A stretch of DNA of 64,000 bases from NCBI GenBank assembly GCA_036630325.1, contig CP142735.1, positions 806,001 to 870,000 of the forward strand, written 5' to 3'. The notes under the pieces were generated by a model. It was not told the origin of the DNA and searched no databases. It worked only from the letters and a program-made list of their open reading frames with translations. This stretch comes from Vairimorpha necatrix. Lineage: Eukaryota. A program made the position numbers and the translations under genes. Positions 47,951 to 60,835 of this stretch are shown one piece after another; position 1 is the first letter of the stretch, and every line of letters starts with the position of its first letter.

Positions 47951-49054
47951 TTTATGCTCATTTATGACCTGGATATTGCCATAAATGCTATCCAGTACTT
48001 TTATATGGAGCTACATTAAATGAGATTTTAATTCTGTTGTATATGTCGATTTTTCTCTTCTCCGGTTATATAGTCCCACATCACACCATCCAACATTCAT
48101 CATAAGGCATTATCACTATAATATTCTTATAGATTTATAGAATTATCTGCAAAAAATAATTGTTATTTCTATGTTTACAATTATTTTGTCAATCAATGTT
48201 ATGAGACGCGTATAATTACAAATGTGAAGTAATTTTATTAAATATTTAAAAACGTACACTGGAAATTACATGTTGAGGACTATATTATATTTGTACTGTA
48301 TCACAAGAACTTTACTGTTTTTATGATAGCTTTCTAAATAACTTTTACCGTAAGTGCTTTTATCGTTTCCAATGTTTTTTGTTGTTTTCTTGCTCATTGT
48401 TTTTACATCACAAAGACACAATTTTTTCGTAGTATGCTTTTTTTTAAACCTTCTTTTATATTTTTTTTAATTTAAATAATATTCAACAATAATTACAAAC
48501 ATTGATGTACTTCCAAATGTAGTACAACAATACCATTTGATTTTTCCCATTTACGAGGCAAAGTGATTTTTGAAGAGGTCTATAGTAATATAAAATAGAT
48601 GAATTTCATGTCATCTGCCATTGTGATGTAGTCAGTAACATCACAGCATTTGAAATATAAATTTTTATTTTGTATAAATTATTTCTAATATTTTACTACA
48701 TCTAGAAAAATGATTAAGCAAGTAAAATAAAAGTTGACACATATAAAAATAAAATGATGATTTAATCAATATAACAAATTTTGATTTTTATTTTGCAATG
48801 AATTTTTTTACAGATACTAATGCTATTTAACGTCATAAAAGATCAAAAAAAGTTGATGTGTGACTACCAATCATTTAATATTATGATCTGTACAATTTTT
48901 ATAAATCACACGTCATAAATTATAATTTGAAGTGAATTTGGAGCATGATGTAGATATGATGTTTTTTATACTCATTTATTATTTCCCCTATAAAATTATT
49001 CAATTTTAAAACTCCTTTACCTAAATATATAAAAAAAACTCATTCGCCCCAAGA

Positions 49055-49852
49055 ATGATTTTTTATTTCTTTGTTGTGCTCCGTTCTGAACAGAGGCGCG
49101 GCGGTTATCCCACAACGTATATCCAAGCGAACAGTAATACCATACCTTTACCGTATTTAGAAGAAATTTCCCGTGGCAATCCGCCAATTCAATACAGTAA
49201 GCCATCATTACTATCGTACATAAAAAAACATCCAATAATAAACAAAGAGTTTGATGGAGACTACATTTCTTACCTAAATAATGAGCTAGAAAACATACTT
49301 AAAGACTTAAAGGACGATATTAAATTTTATTACCCAAGCATGTATTTATGTCAAACAAGAAATTTAGAATATCGACTTTCAACAACCAACATAGGGAATG
49401 TAATAGTCAGATGGAATTGCAAATTGTCCTTCGTCGATTCCAATTCCATATATTATTTACTAAAAAACATACAAGAATTAGATCTTACTAGCAATGAATT
49501 ATCAAGATATAAAAAAGATATATTTTTTATATCTAAGGTCTTAAAAACTTTATTAAAATTTACACCTATGTCCATTGACAAAGTGTCTTCAAATTCATTT
49601 TATGTCTATCATAACAATTTGGTGGCGGCGAAATTTTTTGAAATTTTAAGTAAAGCACCAATGAATATTATTTTACAGAATATAAATGATGATATAAATT
49701 CTAAGTTTGATGATAATGATCAACGAAAAGAATTGGTTCAAGATTCTATTAGGGAGGTTCAAAATCAACTATATAAACTTTCACAAGAAACTAAAATATA
49801 TTTTGAAAGTATCAATGAAATGAACACATTGTTAGAGAAATTAAAAAAATAA
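49055..49852 (+). CDS. Lineage-specific, probably secreted protein, family member 2
   Basis: GCCCCAAGAATG start; paralog of 41562..42356. Confidence 0.8.
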   Translation: MIFYFFVVLRSEQRRGGYPTTYIQANSNTIPLPYLEEISRGNPPIQYSKPSLLSYIKKHPIINKEFDGDYISYLNNELENILKDLKDDIKFYYPSMYLCQTRNLEYRLSTTNIGNVIVRWNCKLSFVDSNSIYYLLKNIQELDLTSNELSRYKKDIFFISKVLKTLLKFTPMSIDKVSSNSFYVYHNNLVAAKFFEILSKAPMNIILQNINDDINSKFDDNDQRKELVQDSIREVQNQLYKLSQETKIYFESINEMNTLLEKLKK

Positions 49853-50849
49853 ATTTTTTAGTTTAAAAAACTTGATTTGTTAATAACATATTTTTTTACA
49901 TTGTTAAGATTTTTTTTCAAATAATGTTACCAACAACAATCATAAAAGTTAAAATGTCCTCTTTTGAACGAATAATAACTATTCTTTATTTGACCATTGG
50001 GGAAGCGAGTTTTTATGCATAGAAGAGGCCTTAATGGCAACTAATACCAACAAAAAAGTGGGAAAATTTTGTATATATATATATATAAAGATTACAGTGA
50101 AATATACAGTGTCTCCACAAAAAATAAACCACATAGCATTTATTTATATATATTTTATAGTATGTCTAAAGACACCAAATGATTGATCTTGGGTATAAAT
50201 ATTTTTTTTACAAAAAAATACTACTAAAAAAGATTTTTCTTTGTTATAAAAAAAACCGGAGGTTTAGTAAACAAACTAATTTATAAGGGAATAAAACAAA
50301 GTATGTTTGTTTTTAGCATCCATATGTTGTTATAATATTTCTCTTCACATTTTTTTTTAAAATTTTAAAATAGATATTTTGTAATATTTATAAAAATTGG
50401 TTTTTTGTAAACAATATTTTTGCCAAAAATCAAACCCAATCAAAAGGTTAACTCATTTCTAAAACCATAAAAGAGGGTTGATAAAGAAAAAACCTAAAAA
50501 GTCTTGTTATTGACGGTAGTCTATTATTTTATAGCACACTAACAACTATATATATTAGATTTTAATGCCATTTCTTCACATATCTTCATTTTGTAATTTA
50601 CCTGGCGCGAAAATCTGAGCCTTGGCATTACATACCTTTTCCACGTTCTACATCCGAGCTTGGCCCGTAAAGTGTGGAAATATTTTTTTTTGAGAATTAT
50701 ATACCCAGGATTCAAAATTTTAAAATTTGTTTAAAATTCGTTCGAAAAGTATTTTTTTAGCTTAAACAATTTTGCTAATTTTATGAATTTTAAGAAAAAT
50801 ATTGTAAGATTAGGATGTGTATAGACTTTCGACGATAGATCAAAAACGC

Positions 50850-51640
50850 TCCAAATACCCCGAAGAAATATGTAATGTGTACATAAATACTAAAAACAAA
50901 AATAAAATATAACTTTTGAATGTGATAATACTAGTAAACTCGATAGTTTGTACATTAACCAGTATGGATTTATAATGTATGAAAACAAAGAACGTGAAAA
51001 TTTGAATGAAGTTTGTAAAACAAAAACATGTTCTACTCACAAATACCTATACTTCCCCAACTTTATATTCTGTATTCATTTACAAAATAACAGTCTATAG
51101 TAAACCTAAACAAAAATTCCCGTTAAAAGTTTTCAGTGTTTTGGGGACTTAAAAATAATTCAAAAAGTAGCGAGAAGAAAAACTGCAAATGCCATGTTTA
51201 ATGGGGGCTGAAGAGGTGACACAGGCCGACGAAACGGACATTGTGAAGGGAATATTTGTCAAATTATCAATGGAAAAATATGAAACCATCAAAACTTTGC
51301 TGCGTTTGTTTAGACTGTTGATTTACAAAATATTTACCTGATAATTTAAATAGTACCCAATCGTACTCTTCTCATCATGAAACGATTATTTAAAAAATTC
51401 TAAACTGAACGATTTTACATATTGTGGGTATAAATCCTGCCTCAAAGCAGTAGATTTTATAAAAGGCGAGCACGGCGTTTGATAATTAATGATGTATTAT
51501 AAACGAAGCGTAGAAGACTACCAATCAAATGTAGAAGTCCGATTACCATCTTAAATGTGTTATTATATCTAAAAGGGATCGAAGAAAAATCTATGTCCGT
51601 TTTTTCAGAAATATTTTGGCTCAGGATATACAATTCCAAA
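50850..51640 (+). mobile_element. Highly decayed Merlin/ISXO2-like transposase remnant
   Basis: Fragments TQADETDIV (near 51220), IVPNRT (near 51352) and GYKS (near 51427). No TIRs were resolved. Confidence 0.45.
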
Positions 51641-54259
51641 ATTTAAACAATTTCCCGGATTTTTTTATTGATATATCAAAGTTTTGTAAAACAAAACAAT
51701 TTTCGTTTTTGTTTGTTTTTCTCTAAGGGTCGCCTAGAGATCAAAGGTCTGGATCAGGCCGACGAATCATTTACCTATTTAAGAGTCAAATAAACATACT
51801 TGACCTTTCTTTGCATGATTTTTGCTATTTTTTAAAATAAATCGGGGTGATGTAATTAATTCTTTAGACTAAAGGCAAAGAAATCAAAATTAATATTGTA
51901 AATAAAAATATGATTATGTAAAAAATAATATGATGAAAATTTCCCTCGCCATGTAAATAAGGGTCAAGATTTTCCTTTAAATCAAAAAACAAGTACAAAC
52001 ATATGACTATATATATATGGTTAAGACCTTTATAGTTAATTTAAAATGGTTGTAAATAAAAACATGGAATTGGCAGATTTAATATTCAAAGTCTATATTT
52101 AAATTATGGAAATGATCCTAACTTTACTGATTCAAAAAATTGTCTTTTTGAAGCTTACTATACATATTGTACTAAACTCATATATAGCATTTCTTAATTT
52201 ATAAAACATTGAAAATCAAATATATACAAGATCTAATATAAATAAGAGATGCCATGTATGTGAAAATTATATAAAATTTTTAAACGAAATTTACGGTCTG
52301 CTGTATAAATTAATAGAAGCTCTTCCAAGTAAATGAAATAAAACGGATGAGGAATTTGTAAAATTGTTGTTTAGTGTGCGCTTCATATAATAATACTTAA
52401 CATTTTCTAAAAATAAAATTGTGTTTAATCGAAGATGACGCAATATAAATTTCAAAAGCATATTAACAAAAAAAAATATCAAAAATGTTTTTAATTGTGT
52501 TTAAATATTATTTCGCGCTTCGGTGATATGCAACCTCCTAAAGTGGTGCTAATGTGCTTAGCAATGCTGTTTTAGCCTGTCCGTAATAGTATCTTTGTAA
52601 TTTTTTGATTTCAGTAAAATATATCTTTGACCTCTACTTTCTATCCTTATCGGTAAAAATAATTTTATGGAATTTTTTTTCTATAAATTTGAGATATTTG
52701 CTGTAGTTAAAAAAAAACTTGAAACAAATAGTCGTAATAAATATTTTGCAATTATTTTCTTGTTGATATAATGCCGCACATAGATTTTTATATGAATCTA
52801 TAGATATGTATTTATCATAAATATTTATCTTTTTGTATGTTGTTTAGATTTTCTTATGTATAAGAATAATTCAATCAAATAACACATTCGCATATACTTG
52901 GATTTAAATTATATATAACTTTTATGGGTTTTTTGAACAAGTTACTCATAAGAAGGTTTTTGGGAGCATATCGATACATAACCGAAATGAAAGGGAAATA
53001 ACAAACTTTAGAGTAATGATAGCATAATTATTTATCAAGAGCATACAATGGTTTACTTGGAATTATTATGACCAAGGCTTCTCTTAGAAAATTAATTAAT
53101 AGTATTACTATGGCCTTACAACATCACTTAATTGAAATTATATATGGTAAAGATATTTACAATTAAAGGTATAAATTTGAAATATAGAATTTATACCATA
53201 AAAACAAGACTAGGCCAACAAAAATTTTCGTTTTGATATTAAAAATTTTGTTTCTACAAAAGACTTCTTTAAAAATATCAATCAATTTATTGGATATTAA
53301 GATACGTCAATTTAAATATTTCTGTTTTGCCTATTTTGTATATTATTTGCAAACGAATAATTTCTCGTTACATTGATGGGGTTGATTATTGTAAGTGTAG
53401 ACGTTTTTGATTATGGTGTCTTTCCTATAGTATTAAAGATAAATTAATTATTAGAATTCTATAAATTTCTTATTATTTTTAAAACTTTTATGCTACGTAA
53501 TCTAAAAGGCGCAGTTTGTTCCTTTTCGTATGACTAAATTGAAATTATATATCAACTAATCATATCTCAAATTACCATAAATTGAGATTTTCTATTTTTG
53601 TATCGTTTAAATTTTATTTTTTGCTTAGCATTAATTTTTTTTGTGATAGAAAGCAAAAAAAGCAGAGGCACGAATACTTGTCATTATTAATAATTTATTT
53701 TTTTTTAAAAAGAATCAATTGTCCAAAACAACTCTGCTAGATGTTATATAGATTTATGTGGATATCATATTGAAATTTAAAATAATTTTTATAGCTAATA
53801 CTTTGAATTCATTTAATTTGTATCTCTATACAGATTATAAAATTTTGAGCATATTCAATGCAATTTGTTAGAAAAGAATAGCATTATGCTTAAGTTTTTA
53901 CTATAATTATATTCATTTCTCAAGTTTATCCTAAAAAAATTGAACTGTTATCAAAAGATTTTGTATTTGTATATACATAAGATTTGATGCATTGAATGAT
54001 TTGGAAATAAATAGGCTTCTGGATAGTTTTTTTCTCTTTCGAAAATAATCTAAAATGCAATAAAATTTTATAGCTTAAAGATATATAACACACCCCATCA
54101 CTATTTAGTTGCTGCCATGGTCGTACTCATTTAGGTTAAAAAGCAAAATAAGCTTGACTATCCGCTATTACTAAGAGAATATTAACTAAAAACTACTATA
54201 ATTTTCTATTCTGGCTATCTAAAAAAATGTATTTCTACAATTAATTTTTTTATCATATA

Positions 54260-55020
54260 ATGTTCATCTTTTAATGTGTGGTTTTGATTCAGAGCAAAAT
54301 TGCGATATTTTTACAAAACAAACGAATGGAAGAACAATTATAATAGGTCCATTGATTTCGTTTTATCGAATTCTCAAAATATACAAACAAATGGCTATGT
54401 TTACTCTACTCCAATAGACGAATACAATTCGCATAGTGCCTAAATCGCTAGCATTGCTCATAAACTTAGTGATATAATAAATAATAACTCTGAAAGTTAA
54501 TATTTTTACTATCCAAGCGAGATATTATGTTTTGAAACAAATATCGTGCATTTGATTCCCGAAAATTATTACTGGAAGATGTATCGAAGATGTGAAAAGA
54601 TAAAATAATCCAATTTTTTTTAATTCACTTAAATATTTAATATTAAACATCGTAGATTTAAAACTTTTCAACCTGGAAATAATAGTGTATAAAGCTGGCA
54701 TAGAAAGTATTTATAGGATATTAACAACATTACTAAAATTACGGCTTGCCCTGTCAAACGTGTATCAAACAACATAATTCTCATTGATCACAACAAACAA
54801 ATAATTGCTAAAACTTGTAAAATCTTCGTTTAAAATCCGTTGTATGGTATCTTGGCGATTATAAAAAATAATTCAAAATTTTGTAATAATACAGACCAAA
54901 GAAAAAAGTTTAAAATAGAAGAGACAATAGATCGCTCTTAAAATCATATACTGGAATTGAAACAAGATGTTTTTATACCTTTTAACATTATTTTTTTATG
55001 AATGTGTTGTTTTCAAACAT
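54260..55020 (+). pseudogene. Pseudogene of the 41562/49055 family
   Basis: ATG TTC ATC TTT start, FYYPS near 54503, YLILNIVDLKL and ILTTLLK; multiple stops and frameshifts. Confidence 0.65.
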
Positions 55021-56712
55021 AAAGAAATAAATCACTATTTTAATTAATACGGTTTCGATTATGTCAATGTAAAATTTACTTTGTTGATTTTTTAAGTCAT
55101 AATCATGTTTACTAATTAAAAACAAAATCTCTTCATAAAAAACTTTATGATTTTAAATTTAGTATCTAATAAAGCCCAGGATCAATCAAAAAATTTCTTT
55201 GTTTAAAGTTCAGGAATACGTCAAAACACAAAATTAATCATTTATTTTGGAATAAAAAAAAAATTAACGCATGTGTAAATCTCACAATAAGCATCATTCG
55301 ATCTGTGTTTTGATCGGGATCTTAGTTTCAAAATATTTTTAGTCATGGTTATCGATCATTTTCAATTTTCTTAAATGTATATCAATGATAAAAATATTTT
55401 AAAATAGACAGGTTAAATTCGTTTTTTCCTTTGTAAATCATTCTTATAAGTTTAAAGTTCAACGCAGCGCCAAAAATGCTAGATTATAAATTTCGGCGTA
55501 AGGAGCCGTGCGCGCGATATGATGATTGTGGGGATTTTTGAGCTCGTTTGAATATGCAATACTCGGGTTACAGAAATCCATATTCGTATGAGGTCGCTTA
55601 GGACGAATTAGGTATAGATGCAAAAAAAAACTTTCCTAGAGCCAAAGTTCAATGGATACTGCGAGAACACTGCACCATCAAATTATATAGGTGTCTTTTA
55701 ATGGGATAGAACCTCGTAATACTAGTTGAATAACATCACGTGGCTCCTCTTATCTTAATGTAAGACTTCTCCGCTTTGAATGCAAAGAAAAAAAAAGTGT
55801 AAATAACAACAGTTTATGGTCTCATTGTAGAGATTAAAGCTATTCGTTATAGACTAAGACAGCTAGTTGGAAATCTATTTCATCGAGGGTTTTTTATGTT
55901 TATCAGAGAAATTATATATGACGGAAATTTTAAACTTAAGTTGTTAAGTTTAAATAATAGATAATTTATCCTGTCTTATCTCATCTGTCGTCATAAGAGA
56001 AGTATCAAATTAATGCCTTTATTTAACAGTTTGATTATTTTTTTTTCTATATATTGTCTACATCTATAAACGCCAGTATATTCAACATCGGAGGTCTTTT
56101 CCCTATATTAATATGTATTAAAATTATATACATTTTTTTATAATATAAACATACAGTTTCGAAGGTTAATGCAATAAGCAAAATAACCGTTAAAAAATAT
56201 TTTTGGCTTTTGTTAATCATCTGAACTTTACAATGGACACTTATATGACTTTTCTAGTTATTGCAACAAGTAAAATAAAAAATAGTCGCTTTTTGCACAA
56301 CTTATGTGATTTTTCGCATTTAAAAGTTTTCTCTTACAGCTAAAGCTTTATTATTGCTAATGTACTCTGATGAACTAAACTTGTTTGATCATTAAAAAAA
56401 AATATTAAATTACAAAAATTAGCAAAAAAATCGAAAAATATTTTAAAAATGGTAAATTTTAGTATTTTAGTAGTATATGCCATTTTTTTAACATATCTAA
56501 GCATTTTTTATAAAAAAAAAATTCGCTTCAGTTTGCGAGAAGTTATCAAACAAAAAAAAATGTTTGGTAAAATGACAATATGTAAAGCATCGCGTCTTTA
56601 TATAGGAAATATATAACGTGTCTAAGACGACAAAATATATTTTTAGGTTTCATTATAACAAAATCATTTTTTTGTAAACAATATATTAGATAAATGAAAA
56701 TTGTACCCTCCA

Positions 56713-57490
56713 ATATTCATGTACTTCTTGTCTGTATTTACCACTAAAAAATACAGCGACATTGAGTAGAAACATATGAACTAACATATAATACTCATGT
56801 GCCTTCATACCAAGTTGTAAAAAAAACCTGTCGACGCACATGCAACAACCACTATATTAAAGTCTTCTGGAAACATGTACAATCTATAACTAGCTTATAA
56901 TTCTCTTTTGATATACAGACTTAATGATATAATCAATGATTGTAATGGAATTACTAAATTTTACTACCCAAGCCAAAAACTATATTATGAAAAAAGGTAG
57001 TCCATTTAATCTCAATAAATTATTGTATGAGGAGTCCAACATTGATGTGGCAAGATAAATCAATTCAAATTATATTTAATTATCTAGGAAGTTTAATATT
57101 AAACATCAGAGAACTAGGACTATGCGATTATGAATTTTTGACTAATAATGACAATGTAAATATAATTTATAATACATTTAAATCATTACAAAATTTTAAT
57201 CGGCCTCTGTCGATAAAGTAACTAATATCGTCGAATTAATTAAGAATTACGTTGTAGTAGTTGCTAATTTTTTTATATTCTGCTTGAAATCCCTTTAGAT
57301 AATTTTTTGGCGATTTATAAAAATAGAATAGATTCCTATAATATTAAAGACGAAAAAATGTAAAATTACAAACATTATTATACCGCTTTCAATGTGCCAT
57401 TTTCGATTTAAAAGTACATGCGCAATTGCTTTTTTCAAATATTAAATTAATCAATCACTTATTTGTTAATTTATTACAACAAATTTAATC
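56713..57490 (+). pseudogene. Pseudogene of the 41562/49055 family
   Basis: CCC motif followed by ATA TTC ATG TAC TTC, KFYYPS near 56957, SLILNIRELGL and LLEIPL; multiple stops. Confidence 0.7.
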
Positions 57491-58263
57491 TATATTGATT
57501 GTTATTTGTTCGTAGTATTTACCAAATCAAGTATTTTTCTTATATAAATTGATATTAAAAATATTTAATTTTTAATTTTGTGTTATTGGATTATTAAAAT
57601 TCATTTTAAGTTGCTAAATTTTCTTGTGTATCCCATATAACTTTAAAATAAAAAATTATTACCATCGCAGACAATAAAAATTTTCGGCAGTAGTTTAATA
57701 GGTCTGAATATAATGTAAGCAATTGTAAAGTGTTTCTAATATAAATATTAAACTGCTACCGTTTTTACGATGTATTAGCTAGTTACTTAATAATCTTTGT
57801 CGGATAAAATTTAATTGGCAACACATATAATACAGTTAAATTTACTTTTTTTCCTACATTAAAAACTTACTTATGATTTTATCAGAACGACAATGTTCTA
57901 AAAAAAAAGATATGTATTTTAAAAAGCTAAAGTTCGATTTACTGCCATATAATTTAATATATATTGTGGGTCATTTTGCTGCTCAGAAAAAAAGCAATAA
58001 AATGTATATCTTTGGACTACACAAGGCAAAAAAATAAACCAAACGATATGTTCGAAATAGAGTTACTAGATAAAATAAAAATTTGGGGATATGTACACTA
58101 TATTTTAATTTAAGAAACTTGGCTTAAAAAATTTTTTAGTGAGTAAAATACATCACACAATTTTAAATTATAAAAACATACTCAAGTGTATGCATTTTTT
58201 TCTTTCGTTATATCCTTTTTACACTTCGTTTTCATAATTAAAAAAGATTTTAGCTGTAATTAT

Positions 58264-59697
58264 TTATTTTTCATATTCAATACCATATATCGAATCCTTA
58301 GACTTAAGATTAAAACTATTCGAAGATACAAAAAATACCCATTCCTCTCTTTTTCTTATGCTATCCATTACTTCATTTATTAGTTCCTTGCTAGGTTTAT
58401 TATTAAGATATTCATAATTCAATATATTTTGGATAGGTACCCTCATAATATTATCAGATATTTCTTCAATCATATCTATTACGTCTTCTTTTTCCCTATA
58501 CATAAAATTAATTTCATTATGGTCTACCATTTTTTGAATGTCTGAACTCAACATTTCATAATTTTTTAAAAAATTTTCGATCTCATTTACTACAAGTATT
58601 GGATTTTCAAACCCTTTATCAGTTAAAAATACAGATATTTTAAATATTCCATAGTATTTTATCGGCCTTATATACACTGACATATCATAGGCTAAATTGA
58701 GATCTTTCAATATTTTTATACATCCTTTATCTTCTTTTAATATATCTTCTATTAAGACATCAAATAATAAATTGTTTATATTTGGATGCAAAGTTTTTAT
58801 ATTGATATCCAGTCGTTTAGTATCTTCAATACTTTTCAGTTTTAGAAGTTTGTTTACACAGTCTTCCTTAAAAATTTTATCACTATCGTTGTATTGGCTC
58901 CATAAATTGTACCAGTTTACTTTTTTCACATTTTGAATATACTCATTATATCTAGTGCATGGGTATTTTGTTAGTGATGTATTATTCGTATTATTGCTTG
59001 TTTTTTCCGATGGAACATCATTAAAAATTTTAATTATCTCTTCCATTTCTTCAATAGATTTATTACTGTAAACAACACAGGCCATTCTATCTGGATGATA
59101 TTTATTATTGTAAAAATCTATCACTTTCTCTCTTATATTTTTAATTCTAAGCGTATCAGAGTTACCACAATCAAATCTACTTTCCTCTAATTCTTCTTTA
59201 TAACACAGTTGTAAAAATCTTTCTCTTCTATTTCCATCATTACTAACAGTCCCAAGGAATTCTGAATTCACTGCAGATATTTCTCTATCAACAGAATCTT
59301 TATTAAATAACGGTCCAATAAAAAATTGTGCAAATCTATCTAAAGCATCATTAAAATATTTATTACTAACATCAAAATAATACACAGTTGAATCATTACA
59401 AGTATACGCGTTACTACTGCCATTATGCATACTAAGAAAATTCATATAATCATTTTCATCTGGATATTTTTCTGTACCCATAAACAACAAATGTTCTAAA
59501 AAGTGTGCTAACCCGCTTATTTCAGTTTCATCAAAAGATCCAACATTTACACAAAGCGAACAACCAGATTTATCAGCTTTTTCATCAGAAATTAGTAAAA
59601 CTTTAAGTCGGTTTTGTAATACAACGTATTTATAATTATTTGTATCCATTTTATTTTTAATAATATCAGTTGTACTAAAAATAAAATTATTTTTCAT
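58264..59697 (-). CDS. M16A insulinase-family zinc peptidase (IDE/Ste23-like), N-terminal half only
   Basis: GLAHFLEHLLFMGT (HxxEH), NAYT, ALDRFAQFF, REISAVNSE; 477 aa. Confidence 0.88.
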   Translation of the reverse strand: MKNNFIFSTTDIIKNKMDTNNYKYVVLQNRLKVLLISDEKADKSGCSLCVNVGSFDETEISGLAHFLEHLLFMGTEKYPDENDYMNFLSMHNGSSNAYTCNDSTVYYFDVSNKYFNDALDRFAQFFIGPLFNKDSVDREISAVNSEFLGTVSNDGNRRERFLQLCYKEELEESRFDCGNSDTLRIKNIREKVIDFYNNKYHPDRMACVVYSNKSIEEMEEIIKIFNDVPSEKTSNNTNNTSLTKYPCTRYNEYIQNVKKVNWYNLWSQYNDSDKIFKEDCVNKLLKLKSIEDTKRLDINIKTLHPNINNLLFDVLIEDILKEDKGCIKILKDLNLAYDMSVYIRPIKYYGIFKISVFLTDKGFENPILVVNEIENFLKNYEMLSSDIQKMVDHNEINFMYREKEDVIDMIEEISDNIMRVPIQNILNYEYLNNKPSKELINEVMDSIRKREEWVFFVSSNSFNLKSKDSIYGIEYEK

Positions 59698-59761
59698 CTT
59701 TTTTTAATATTTGAGGGTAAATTAATATTGAAAAATAACGGTTTTTTTAGCCCACGATATT

Positions 59762-60634
59762 ATGGTCGATAAAAAAAGAAAAAGTAAGCGATTGAGTACT
59801 AGAAAAAAAAATAAAATAGTCAAAAAGATTAGAAAACAAGATAAAGATAGAAGAAAAGAAGCCATATTGAAACGAAAGAGTAGATCCAAGATTCCTAAAC
59901 ATATTTTAATGACAGATGAAGATGTTCAACGGCTGAATGATATCAAAAATAATGAACGAAGTCGTAAAGAATTAGTAATTGAGAAAGAAGATGCATTTAA
60001 AAAGTTTTTAAATGATAATGAAATGTTTTTAGTTATTGTTGATCCCAGAGATATTTACAGTCTCCCTAAATTTGATATTTTCGGCGATAAGCCGTTTTAT
60101 CTAGTTTTAAATTATAAAAATGATATTTCTTTAGAATATCTTTTTGAGTTTAAAAAAATTAATAATTCGTTTATTGTTTCTAAAGACAGTTCTGATGAAA
60201 GATTAAGAAATTGGAATAATGAATTTAATATTTTTGTTGGTAAAAATGATTTATCAGTTGGTATTTTAGGAGAAAAACGTGTTGGTAAAAATTTTGTAAG
60301 AAATATGGTTTCTAATAGTAAAATTTTTACTCTTGATTCTGAACAAGGAATTAAAAGTCTTTTAAGAGGTTGTTTGACTATGAGAGATGTGCTTTATAAA
60401 GATTTAATTAAAAAATTAATAGAGACACAAATTGATAAAGAAAAGTTAAGTCATCATTTTTCTATACAAATTTTCGACTCATATGAATCTTTTGTTGAAT
60501 TGTTAAGTGAGAAGTTTGGGATACATAAAGATAAACATGAAAATGTTGCCAAAATTTTATTAGATGAGTTTTATAAAAAAAATATTTTATTTTTTTATGA
60601 TTTGAATAAGGAATTACAAATTATTTTTAAATAA
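59762..60634 (+). CDS. Nug1/GNL3-like nucleolar circularly permuted GTPase, reduced
   Basis: Basic N-terminus KSKRLSTRKKNKIVKKI typical of GNL3/Grn1; motifs in the permuted order VDPRD, VLNYKND, VGILGEKRVGKN. Confidence 0.75.
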   Translation: MVDKKRKSKRLSTRKKNKIVKKIRKQDKDRRKEAILKRKSRSKIPKHILMTDEDVQRLNDIKNNERSRKELVIEKEDAFKKFLNDNEMFLVIVDPRDIYSLPKFDIFGDKPFYLVLNYKNDISLEYLFEFKKINNSFIVSKDSSDERLRNWNNEFNIFVGKNDLSVGILGEKRVGKNFVRNMVSNSKIFTLDSEQGIKSLLRGCLTMRDVLYKDLIKKLIETQIDKEKLSHHFSIQIFDSYESFVELLSEKFGIHKDKHENVAKILLDEFYKKNILFFYDLNKELQIIFK

Positions 60635-60691
60635 ATTTACTAATTTTTAATAAATATTTCTTTATATTATTTTTAAAATATTAAATAATTT

Positions 60692-60835
60692 TTATTTTTT
60701 CAAAAATTTCATTTCTTTTAGTTTTTCTTTGAGTTGTATTTTGTTGTTTTTCATATTCAAGTATAAATCTTTTAATTCTGAGTATTCATCTAATAAGTCA
60801 TATAATTCTTCTTGTTGTTTTGTTTCATTTTCCAT
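60692..60835 (-). CDS. 47-aa small coiled-coil protein (not in the ORF track)
   Basis: GCCCCATTTTGATG start; MENETKQQEELYDLLDEYSELKDLYLNMKNNKIQLKEKLKEMKFLKK; the stop overlaps AATAAA. Confidence 0.6.
   Translation of the reverse strand: MENETKQQEELYDLLDEYSELKDLYLNMKNNKIQLKEKLKEMKFLKK

Noticed and set aside
47960-48470. Possible hAT or piggyBac remnant
   Set aside because: No catalytic motif or terminal repeat could be read with confidence.
52290-53400. Possible decayed minus-strand gene
   Set aside because: Coding-like composition and a CCC-ATG, but many stops and no recognisable family.
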